Below, in pieces: positions 28,661 to 35,917 of a DNA stretch of 39,720 bases (position 1 is its first letter; each line of letters starts with the position of its first letter). Under the pieces are notes generated by a model that saw only the letters and a program-made list of their open reading frames with translations, did not search any database and was not told the DNA's origin. The position numbers and the translations under genes were made by a program. Source of the stretch: a virus (lineage: Duplodnaviria > Heunggongvirae > Uroviricota > Caudoviricetes); IMG/VR virus record IMGVR_UViG_2706794676_000012. The stretch is one strand, 5' to 3'.

Positions 28661-29161
28661 TCAGACTTTCGGCAAATCGTAACGACATAACCATTCATCC
28701 GCCGAACGGCGGGCCTCAAGACCGGGGAGTTTTACCCCCTTTGAATAAATCCAGCGGATATACTGCTTACAGGACGCGGGCATCTGCCCGGCATTGATAA
28801 GGCGCAGGAGCGTGGAGTTGCGAAAGTTCGTTTCACCGGCCCAGAAAATCCAGGAGGCCAGCGCCACCGTCTGACCACGGGTAAGCGGCACCTGAACATG
28901 ACGATCGATAGCCGCAAAGGCCCATTTCATGTCCTTTTCCAGCAGCTCCAGACACTCTTCATCAGTTTTTGTCATCCCCGGTTTCACATCCGGGCCGGTA
29001 TGGCCGTAACAGATGGTGGGGGTGCCGGTGGGATCAATGTACGTGGTGTTTTCTTTCCCTTCCCAGTAGCCGGTGTAGTGCGTGGCAATGGTGAACGTCC
29101 CGGCTCCGGCCAGAACAAGGGCAATCAGCTTTTTACGCAGGGGTGCGGGGAGTTTTGGCAT
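28661..29161 (-). CDS. Endolysin (phage lysozyme), likely signal-anchor-release type
   Basis: 166 aa; N-terminal hydrophobic segment LIALVLAGAGTFTIAT; first late gene after C. Confidence 0.75.
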   Translation of the reverse strand: MPKLPAPLRKKLIALVLAGAGTFTIATHYTGYWEGKENTTYIDPTGTPTICYGHTGPDVKPGMTKTDEECLELLEKDMKWAFAAIDRHVQVPLTRGQTVALASWIFWAGETNFRNSTLLRLINAGQMPASCKQYIRWIYSKGVKLPGLEARRSADEWLCRYDLPKV

Positions 29162-29166
29162 TGTTA

Positions 29167-29196
29167 CGCTGTCTCATGGTGTTCTCTGAGTCAGCG
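29167..29196. promoter_or_regulatory. Dyad symmetry in C-lys intergenic region (candidate late promoter control site)
   Basis: CGCTGTCTCA (29167-29176) and TGAGTCAGCG (29187-29196) are inverted repeats (9/10) with a 10-bp spacer. Confidence 0.3.
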
Positions 29197-29232
29197 TAAC
29201 CGTGAGGAAAAGGGGGCAGGATTTGCGGAATA

Positions 29233-29655
29233 TCAGAAAAGCCGTGGCTGCGTGCGTTCCTGATGCAGGCGACGCTGGTTGCGGATAACGGAGTAAATCT
29301 GCGTCTCTGACATCTGGTAGTGGCGGCGCAGGGTTTCAATTTTTTCGCCCTGGCTCCAGCGGGAAAAAATTTCATTATTGCGCAGTTCGGTGAAAAGGGA
29401 TTCACCGACCGGGAGATAATAACCACGCCCGCCCATGTACCCGGCCTGTGCGGCTGCAACCTTACGGGCAAGCATTCCCGCCTGAGCAGGTTCAATCCCC
29501 TGACGGTGCAGTTCAGCACTGATCACATCAACCAGGTCCCGCAGCGTGCCGGGCCAGTTCTTTTTCAGCTCATCATCAGGAATATCATCCAGACGGTCAA
29601 TCAGCGCGTGCAGCTGTTCGCTGTCACCAAACATGCTCATCTGTGTTTCAGCCAT
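29233..29655 (-). CDS. Mor/C-family transcription activator (most likely late activator C)
   Basis: 140 aa (size of Mu C) with C-terminal helix-turn-helix-like ...MSETQIYSVIRNQRRL; lies just downstream of an early-operon terminator and upstream of lys. Confidence 0.7.
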   Translation of the reverse strand: MAETQMSMFGDSEQLHALIDRLDDIPDDELKKNWPGTLRDLVDVISAELHRQGIEPAQAGMLARKVAAAQAGYMGGRGYYLPVGESLFTELRNNEIFSRWSQGEKIETLRRHYQMSETQIYSVIRNQRRLHQERTQPRLF

Positions 29656-29690
29656 ACCCGCCTCCGGTCATCATTACACAGGGCAAGTTT

Positions 29691-29720
29691 AAAATAAAAA
29701 TCCCGCGCTGTGGCGGGATT
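29691..29720 (-). terminator. Rho-independent terminator ending the early operon, overlapping the C promoter region
   Basis: Minus-strand reading: TCCCGC-CACAGC-GCGGGA stem-loop followed by TTTTTATTTT; C start codon 36 nt downstream. Confidence 0.65.
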
Positions 29721-29737
29721 TGGGGTTAACGGGGGAA

Positions 29738-29988
29738 TNNNNNNNNNNNNNNNNNNNNNNNNNNNNNNNNNNNNNNNNNNNNNNNNNNNNNNNNNNNNNN
29801 NNNNNNNNNNNNNNNNNNNNNNNNNNNNNNNNNNNNNNNNNNNNNNNNNNNNNNNNNNNNNNNNNNNNNNNNNNNNNNNNNNNNNNNNNNNNNNNNNNNN
29901 NNNNNNNNNNNNNNNNNNNNNNNNNNNNNNNNNNNNNNNNNNNNNNNNNNNNNNNNNNNNNNNNNNNNNNNNNNNNNNNNNNNNNNNN
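29738..29988. other. N-run / assembly gap (251 nt)
   Basis: Run of n; probably hides the 3' part of gemA and possibly a mor-like gene. Confidence 1.
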
Positions 29989-30226
29989 TGGCGCGAATTT
30001 TGGCGGTCACCGTACCCGGTTTTAAGGCCCGGTTAACCGGCTTCTGACGCACTTTAAAACCGCGTTTTTTGAAAACATCCAGCACGCGGGATAACTCACC
30101 GGGTGACATATCACGGCAACTGGATTTGCCGGTGGCTGCCAGCAGCGCGGATGTATAGGTATCATGGTCAAGCTGTAGATCGCGTTTTGCGACATGTATT
30201 AAGGTAATCAGGGAAGCGCGATTCAT
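29989..30226 (-). CDS. GemA-like (Mu gp16-like) protein, N-terminal part; remainder in N-run
   Basis: MNRASLITLIHVAKRDLQLDHDTYTSALLAATGKSSCRDMSPGELSRVLDVFKKRGF; position just upstream of the Mor/C-family activator. Confidence 0.6.
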
Positions 30227-30240
30227 TATCGTGGCTCCAT

Positions 30241-30268
30241 AAAAAATGGGCGGTGTTACCGCACCGCC
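30241..30268 (-). terminator. Rho-independent terminator (minus strand) immediately upstream of gemA
   Basis: Minus-strand reading: GGCGGTG-CGGTAA-CACCGCC stem-loop followed by ATTTTTT. Confidence 0.55.
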
Positions 30269-30296
30269 ATGTCAATTAACATAAAAGGAAAAATCT

Positions 30297-30536
30297 ATGT
30301 CAGATATAAAAAATGCACTTGATGTTGCCGCATTCACAATGGCTGGAAATCTTATGGTAACCCTGTTCGATAAGGGGCTGATTTCCCGTGAGGAGGCAAT
30401 ACATATTATCAATCTCGCTCAAAAAAACTCTACCCCGGAAAATGCAGAAGATATCCAGGATGGCTCATATATTAATACCGACTGGCATTTCGACAATCTC
30501 CGGGCCTGTATGGGGATTACCGCTGAAAAAGATTAA
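30297..30536 (+). CDS. Hypothetical protein (79 aa), antisense-oriented gene inside the early region
   Basis: ATG at 30297 preceded by AAGGA; AT-rich; hydrophobic N-terminal segment; convergent with the early operon; no ORF on the opposite strand here. Confidence 0.5.
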   Translation: MSDIKNALDVAAFTMAGNLMVTLFDKGLISREEAIHIINLAQKNSTPENAEDIQDGSYINTDWHFDNLRACMGITAEKD

Positions 30537-30813
30537 AAATTTTTGCATAATGTTCAGATGTAAGAATTGCTGAACCATCAACACCGAGCCTACGGCGAAC
30601 GTATTCCTCGCGGGCTATTTTATTATCCAGAGATACAGCATCCTTAATCAGGTTAATCTCCCGCTCCATTATCAAAAGGGCTTCTCTGGCTGCAAGATTT
30701 TCTTTTATCGCATATTCGATAATGTCCCGCATACGTTCAAGCATGCCGATTTTAGCCAGTTCTTCGTCGATAGATTTAGGCGCAAATTTGATTTCTTTTT
30801 CCATATTATTCAT
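30517..30813 (-). CDS. Hypothetical helical protein (98 aa), translationally coupled to the upstream zinc-ribbon ORF
   Basis: ATG 30813 overlaps the zinc-ribbon stop (GATGAATAATATGG); AT-rich. Confidence 0.55.
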   Translation of the reverse strand: MNNMEKEIKFAPKSIDEELAKIGMLERMRDIIEYAIKENLAAREALLIMEREINLIKDAVSLDNKIAREEYVRRRLGVDGSAILTSEHYAKIFNLFQR

Positions 30814-30949
30814 CCTCACAATTTATACATGCAGTGTCGTCGCCCATATCGCAGTGGTTACATTTTATCTCACCACAATGTGGGCACTCTTTCAGATACT
30901 CCGGGTCCTCATTTCCACAGGTGGGACATTCAACAATTTGCTCATCCAT
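30806..30949 (-). CDS. Small zinc-ribbon protein (47 aa), not in ORF track
   Basis: MDEQIVECPTCGNEDPEYLKECPHCGEIKCNHCDMGDDTACINCEDE with four CxxC pairs; start overlaps the stop of the upstream gene. Confidence 0.5.
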   Translation of the reverse strand: MDEQIVECPTCGNEDPEYLKECPHCGEIKCNHCDMGDDTACINCEDE

Positions 30950-31274
30950 TATGTATCCCCTGTAATTCCGGCAAGGCCGAAAGATGGCACCAGTGCGTCA
31001 CCTGTCCGTCCTCATCTTCAAGGCAGGCTCCGGTTTCTTCATCAATAAAAAAGCCTTCATACCCCATATGGCCGATGCGCAGTTCCTGTTGGTCACCATA
31101 CTGAACAATCAGCACGACAGCCTCCATATCAGGCGGAAATGCGTCATCCAGTGAATGCCAGGGATAACCGCGCAAATCCCCGAAATAAACGCCGGTCAGC
31201 GTTCCGCCACAGAGCGGCATTCCGGCGGCACACACAAGAGGTTCATCTGATTCAACAAATAAGGTCGTTATCAT
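30942..31274 (-). CDS. Hypothetical protein (110 aa)
   Basis: Overlapping start/stop with neighbours (operon); acidic C-terminal half. Confidence 0.5.
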   Translation of the reverse strand: MITTLFVESDEPLVCAAGMPLCGGTLTGVYFGDLRGYPWHSLDDAFPPDMEAVVLIVQYGDQQELRIGHMGYEGFFIDEETGACLEDEDGQVTHWCHLSALPELQGIHNG

Positions 31275-31822
31275 GGCGTTAACTCCCGTAATACAGCGTC
31301 CTCGGCAGTCCGGCGACGGTAATAAACTGCGTGAGCAGAATGTTCAGATATTCCAAACTTTTCGCCAATTTCCCGGAATGACAGACGGCGTGGGTAATCG
31401 GAATCACGCAGCTCACGTATAAGACGTACATCATCATCAGATATGCGCGTGCCGGGGCGTAACTCTCCGCACTTTGTTAATCCAGCACCAATCATTCCTG
31501 CCCGACATCTGACAGAATCTTTATTACGTCCGAGATATTCTCCCATTTGCTGGCAGGTCATTGTTCTGGCATTTTTTCGAATAAACTTATCTTCATCAGG
31601 TGTAAATCTTGGGTGTTTATATTTCAGTAACTCCGGGTATGAACTGCGCAATACACCAGTCCGGTTATATACAGCCCAGACAGTTCTTTTTATTCTGGCA
31701 GCAATATCCTTAACCGGGGTGGATGAATAAAGCGCAATCAGCAGCGCATCTTCTTCAGGTGTCCACGGACGGACATGAGCGGGGGCGCGACCTTTTAGTC
31801 CCATGGGTTGTAATTTCATCAT
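31271..31822 (-). CDS. Putative DNA-binding protein with two SANT/Myb-like W-x-EED/F-x-PDED repeats
   Basis: WTPEEDALLIALY and FTPDEDKFIRKN repeats plus C-terminal helix-turn-helix-like LSFREIGEKFGISEHSAHAVYYRRR. Confidence 0.5.
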   Translation of the reverse strand: MMKLQPMGLKGRAPAHVRPWTPEEDALLIALYSSTPVKDIAARIKRTVWAVYNRTGVLRSSYPELLKYKHPRFTPDEDKFIRKNARTMTCQQMGEYLGRNKDSVRCRAGMIGAGLTKCGELRPGTRISDDDVRLIRELRDSDYPRRLSFREIGEKFGISEHSAHAVYYRRRTAEDAVLRELTP

Positions 31823-31825
31823 GCA

Positions 31826-32341
31826 TCACCCCCTGACTCGCTTTTCAGCAGCATAAAACTCATCAGACAGTATTTCGGTCATTTTCTGTTTTGCGGGTTT
31901 TACGCCGCACTGAAGGTAAATCACATCGTCAACGCAGAACCACTTCACAGGGCCAAACAGGATTGCCGAGAAATCAATACCCAACCAGAACAACAGCGCA
32001 TCGGTTCTGGCATACGTGACGGGCGAATATTCACGCCACAGACTGTTCAGTTCATCAGAGGCAACACGCAGGGTTTTAGGGATACGTGATGTGCGCGGTG
32101 TGCAGCTCCAGCCATTCGACGCAGTCGGTTTTCGCCATAAGTCGCGATGAAAAGGATATTTGTCCTCCGTAAAACGCAGTCCCTTAAAGTAAAATCCACT
32201 GATACCGGATACAAATACCGACCGGCACGCAACATTCAGCACGGCCTCAAGGCGTTTTGCCTCATCCTTAACTTTCTGGCAGTCCTGCTGGTATTTTTGC
32301 CACGCAGCCAGCGCGGAAGGGTTTGATGTTTTAAAGAACAT
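31826..32341 (-). CDS. Hypothetical early protein (171 aa)
   Basis: ORF in early operon; no recognisable motif. Confidence 0.5.
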   Translation of the reverse strand: MFFKTSNPSALAAWQKYQQDCQKVKDEAKRLEAVLNVACRSVFVSGISGFYFKGLRFTEDKYPFHRDLWRKPTASNGWSCTPRTSRIPKTLRVASDELNSLWREYSPVTYARTDALLFWLGIDFSAILFGPVKWFCVDDVIYLQCGVKPAKQKMTEILSDEFYAAEKRVRG

Positions 32342-32874
32342 TACGCCACCTCCGCAGATATCCCGGCAGGCGCTGCTGTCCGGTCAACAATCAGGTAGCG
32401 CAGAACATGTTCAGTGATATTCCAGCCGCTTAAACCGCAGATAATGACGCCCAGGCGTATGTCGATATACGCCATCACAAACTGGGGCACGCCTTCTTTC
32501 ATGGCCTGCTCATCAACTTCAGCCACCACATAAACGGTTTCACAGGTCAGAACGCCCTGAGCAAATTCCCACGCCATCGACGGAATATCATGCCCCTCAA
32601 TCCATGGCAGGGATTTTCTGAAGCCGCACCACTGAACATCATCAGCCGCAGATTCCTGGCTGCATTTGCGACGAACCGGCTGCACCGGGCGGGGACGCGG
32701 AATATCATAAAAACCGTTACATTCCGTCAGCACGCCTGCATCAACCGCATCACGCAGAAAATAAACCATGGAGGATGGCGGCATATTCATTTTTTCAGCC
32801 AGTACACCGCAGGTCAGGCGGCCATAAATACACAGCCAGTTTTTAACCCCTTCAAGCACTTTTGCATCAATCAT
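32341..32874 (-). CDS. Hypothetical early protein (177 aa), possible N-terminal winged helix
   Basis: ATG at 32874 after a 145-bp AT-rich intergenic region downstream of gam. Confidence 0.5.
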   Translation of the reverse strand: MIDAKVLEGVKNWLCIYGRLTCGVLAEKMNMPPSSMVYFLRDAVDAGVLTECNGFYDIPRPRPVQPVRRKCSQESAADDVQWCGFRKSLPWIEGHDIPSMAWEFAQGVLTCETVYVVAEVDEQAMKEGVPQFVMAYIDIRLGVIICGLSGWNITEHVLRYLIVDRTAAPAGISAEVA

Positions 32875-33019
32875 GATTTATTTCCCCACCACATTATTAA
32901 TGACGATATAAACGTATTTCATATTTCTTAACCCTTATTTTCTGTTTTCAGGCGCAAGCAGTCCCCTGACGCGAGCGCCATAATTAAAATGAAGTGATAT
33001 TTAATTGATTAATGCGGTG

Positions 33020-33550
33020 TTATTTATTCAGTCCGGCGTCCTGTTCAAAAGGCTCGACATAAAAACTTTCAGCGCCTTTATTCACCTTGATACCGGCAAT
33101 GCCTTTCACAGCATCCGGCTCCGCCAGGACGGCTTCCTTGTTCACTTCCTCTTTCGTGCGGATGAAACGCTCAAGCCCCATACGGCGCAGCATTTCAATC
33201 ACACCTTCCACATCACGGCTGACGCTGCATGATGGCGTTCCCAGCCGCCATGACACCGTTCCGGTGGTCAGATTGGCTGTTTTGGTTTTGCCGCCGTTCG
33301 TCAGCTCATCACGGTTGGTTTTGCACCAGTCCTGAATCCCTTTAAAAAGCACTTTGATTTGCTTTTTAAGATTTTCAATCTGCGGCGTATAACGGGCGGT
33401 GATTTCTGCCACTTCGTCATTCATCGCCGTTTCCAGGCGCAGCGCCTCTCGCTGAATATCTCCCAGGGTGCGGATATCACGGCTGACTTCTTCCCGGGTC
33501 TGCGGTGCCGCCTCGGCTGCGGCCTTTAATTTTGTAACGCGTTTAGCCAT
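33020..33550 (-). CDS. gam: Gam host-nuclease inhibitor (DNA end-binding protein)
   Basis: 176 aa with ...DIQREALRLETAMNDEVAEITARY...DWCKTNRDELTNGGKTKTANLTTGTVSWRL...FIRTKEEVNKEAVLAEP..., which I recognise as Mu Gam from memory. Confidence 0.9.
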   Translation of the reverse strand: MAKRVTKLKAAAEAAPQTREEVSRDIRTLGDIQREALRLETAMNDEVAEITARYTPQIENLKKQIKVLFKGIQDWCKTNRDELTNGGKTKTANLTTGTVSWRLGTPSCSVSRDVEGVIEMLRRMGLERFIRTKEEVNKEAVLAEPDAVKGIAGIKVNKGAESFYVEPFEQDAGLNK

Positions 33551-33561
33551 TTTGTTTTTCC

Positions 33562-33855
33562 TTATTGCAGTGTGCCTGATGCTTTATGCACGCGGTGGCG
33601 TTTAATGATGGCATCCGCTCCAAAAGACTGTGCAGATGCCTGAAATTCCGCTGAGAGAAACTGAATAATTGCAGGACTGTGATACTGGAGAATACTTGCA
33701 TAAACGTCACAGAGTGACGTCGGCCTGTTATCCGTATCACGTTCTGTTTTCACATCCACTCCAATCTTTTCATGCACTTCAACACAGTCATTGCCTGCCA
33801 ACTTTTCGTCATGCGAAACATGATTAAATTCAAAAATAACGCGTACTTTGCTCAT
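33562..33855 (-). CDS. Hypothetical protein (97 aa), tandem paralog of 33860..34132
   Basis: Starts MSKVRVIFEF...; ATG 33855 with SD AGGGG. The longer ORF-track start at 33882 overlaps the neighbour. Confidence 0.55.
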   Translation of the reverse strand: MSKVRVIFEFNHVSHDEKLAGNDCVEVHEKIGVDVKTERDTDNRPTSLCDVYASILQYHSPAIIQFLSAEFQASAQSFGADAIIKRHRVHKASGTLQ

Positions 33856-33859
33856 GGAA

Positions 33860-34132
33860 TTACCCCTGTTGATTAAATTCATTACCGTTAATAACCCCGG
33901 AAGCCATGCCTCTGTCTTTCATGAATGCACTGGCTTTCATTGCCACAAACTCTGCGAAGTTTCTGCTTTCTGCCAGCATAACCACCCCAAAAATCATGGC
34001 GGGTCCATTATCTTTCTTCTTTATTCCGGTTGAACGTATATCCAGACTTACCCCTCTGTGCGTGCTGCCATCAGAGTTTTTGCAGATAACATCTTCCTTG
34101 TATTCGAAAATAATGCGTACGACTTTACTCAT
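33860..34132 (-). CDS. Hypothetical protein (90 aa), tandem paralog
   Basis: Starts MSKVVRIIFEYKEDV...; shares N-terminal and internal motifs with the downstream paralog. Confidence 0.55.
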   Translation of the reverse strand: MSKVVRIIFEYKEDVICKNSDGSTHRGVSLDIRSTGIKKKDNGPAMIFGVVMLAESRNFAEFVAMKASAFMKDRGMASGVINGNEFNQQG

Positions 34133-34410
34133 CCTCTGGTCCTCGTTCTGTTTGGATAACTGACCCGGCGTCTAACCTCACGGCAGAACCGAATCATGGC
34201 ATTAAAGGCTTCTTCCTCCGTCACCGCTTCCGGTATCCCCGGAACCAGTAACTGCTCCTGTTCATCACGTCCATGACGCGCCATAACCTCAATCACATGC
34301 CGTACCGTGGCAGGCTTTCCGGCAACTATCGGCAATGCACCTTCCGGCAGGACGTAACCAAACTCAATAAGACCACTCGACCACGCCCATGCAATGAGAT
34401 TTTTTTTCAC
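34129..34410 (-). CDS. Hypothetical early protein (93 aa)
   Basis: ORF in early operon with 4-nt overlaps. Confidence 0.5.
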   Translation of the reverse strand: MKKNLIAWAWSSGLIEFGYVLPEGALPIVAGKPATVRHVIEVMARHGRDEQEQLLVPGIPEAVTEEEAFNAMIRFCREVRRRVSYPNRTRTRG

Positions 34411-34411
34411 C

Positions 34412-34666
34412 TCACACCTCCCAGTAAACCGTGCAGCCGCTGATGCGGGTGGCCTTCACACGGCGGCGCAGGCCGTTGGTCTGTATGGTGATTTCAATTT
34501 CACCGGTTCCCTGCACGTTGCCTACCGGCGGCGTGGTTTTCAGTGCAAAACGTTGCGGATAGCGCTTACTGCGTTCCAGTACCGCACCGGCAAGTTCGGT
34601 CAGACGGCGCGCGCTGTTCAGGGAGTCGAATAAATTCATTTTGTTACCGCAGGATTGCATATTCAT
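34412..34666 (-). CDS. Hypothetical early protein (~84 aa; start uncertain)
   Basis: Best start ATG 34666 preceded by GAGGTG. Confidence 0.45.
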   Translation of the reverse strand: MNMQSCGNKMNLFDSLNSARRLTELAGAVLERSKRYPQRFALKTTPPVGNVQGTGEIEITIQTNGLRRRVKATRISGCTVYWEV

Positions 34667-34678
34667 ATAACACCTCAT

Positions 34679-34906
34679 TTAGCTGACTTGTTTCGCACCA
34701 ACAGAACGGCATATTCCGCTGTAAACTTCTGTCGCACCTTCGCGATCAAGTCCGGCAGATATCACCATTCGTGTGCGGTCATTAAATTCAAAAAGTAAAT
34801 CGCCACATTCTTTATTTTCGGCCAGTGAAATCACCTTCACGTTATCGAAATTAACCAGGTAAAAGCGTCCGTAAATATCAGGAATATTAAATACCGCCAT
34901 AATCAC
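34679..34906 (-). CDS. Kil-like small protein (by position and size)
   Basis: 75 aa immediately downstream of B, as for Mu kil (74 aa); assignment is positional only. Confidence 0.4.
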   Translation of the reverse strand: MIMAVFNIPDIYGRFYLVNFDNVKVISLAENKECGDLLFEFNDRTRMVISAGLDREGATEVYSGICRSVGAKQVS

Positions 34907-35844
34907 ACCTGTGAGAGTAATTCAGGGTTGGTATAAACCTCTTTAAAGGCCGCATTAATATGTTTTTCTGTCAGCGCCGCGCCTTCACCGCTGGCGGTGA
35001 GCCACGCCTGGTTAAGCGTATGTGTCAGAACGCGTAACGCTCCCGGCTTTTCAGCGATAGCCTGCATGACGGCCAGCTCGGCCTCACCACTGATCCCCCA
35101 CGCCATGGCAATGGCCAGCACATCCGCCTTTTTGGCCTTGCGAAGTTGTTTTGTACGGGCAAGACGGCTGAACAGGCGCGATAAATCATCAAAGGCGCGG
35201 CGTCCACCTTTAAACAATCCGCGCGGGTTACCAATAAGCACCATCCCGATCCCCGTGGCGTCCTGAATTGCCCGGAGTTGCTCCAGACCGTCAATACCAA
35301 GATGATCCGCCTCATCCACAATCACCAGTCCACGCGTTCCCATCAGGCGACGGCGGATGGCGCGGGATAATGCCCCTTTGTTCGCGCGGGTGTAATCAAT
35401 CCCCAGCGCATCGGCCAGCTCCAGCAGACACTCCGTGACGCTGGAGTGCGCGGGTGACAGGGTGATCATCCAGGTGTTTGGTTGCTCCTGGCAGTAATTA
35501 CGGGCAGTGGCCGTTTTACCCACACCCGGTACGCCCACAATAACGTTAATACAGCCCATCAGGCGAACCGCCTGAAACAGTGCGCGCAGCTCCTGGACTG
35601 TCTGAGTTTCCACAAACTGCGGCGGTTCCGGCAGTGCGCTTTGTTTATTCCAGTTCTCATACCAGGAGCGCAGGGAAGCAGCCACAGCAGCGTTATCGCC
35701 TTTATATTTTCCCTTACGGAAAGCCGATAATGTGCCGTCGGAAATTCCCGCCTCTCTGGCGATGGCATACTGCGTCAGTACGCCGCCATCAATAAGTTCA
35801 TCAATGGTCTTGATTACATCGTTAATATCGGTCATATTATTCAC
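34903..35844 (-). CDS. B: Transposition ATPase B (MuB-like AAA+ target DNA activator)
   Basis: 313 aa; Walker A GVPGVGKT; N-terminal helix-turn-helix; directly downstream of the transposase. Confidence 0.9.
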   Translation of the reverse strand: MNNMTDINDVIKTIDELIDGGVLTQYAIAREAGISDGTLSAFRKGKYKGDNAAVAASLRSWYENWNKQSALPEPPQFVETQTVQELRALFQAVRLMGCINVIVGVPGVGKTATARNYCQEQPNTWMITLSPAHSSVTECLLELADALGIDYTRANKGALSRAIRRRLMGTRGLVIVDEADHLGIDGLEQLRAIQDATGIGMVLIGNPRGLFKGGRRAFDDLSRLFSRLARTKQLRKAKKADVLAIAMAWGISGEAELAVMQAIAEKPGALRVLTHTLNQAWLTASGEGAALTEKHINAAFKEVYTNPELLSQV

Positions 35845-35917
35845 CTCGCTTGAGACAGCATTCTCCGAGACTGAAACCTCAAATAACCTGAGTCACCCCT
35901 CGGGTTATTTTTTTATT

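Noticed and set aside
32880-32925. 14-codon minus-strand ORF (MKYVYIVINNVVGK) in the gam-downstream intergenic region
   Set aside because: Too short and unsupported to call; could be a leader peptide but equally chance in AT-rich DNA.
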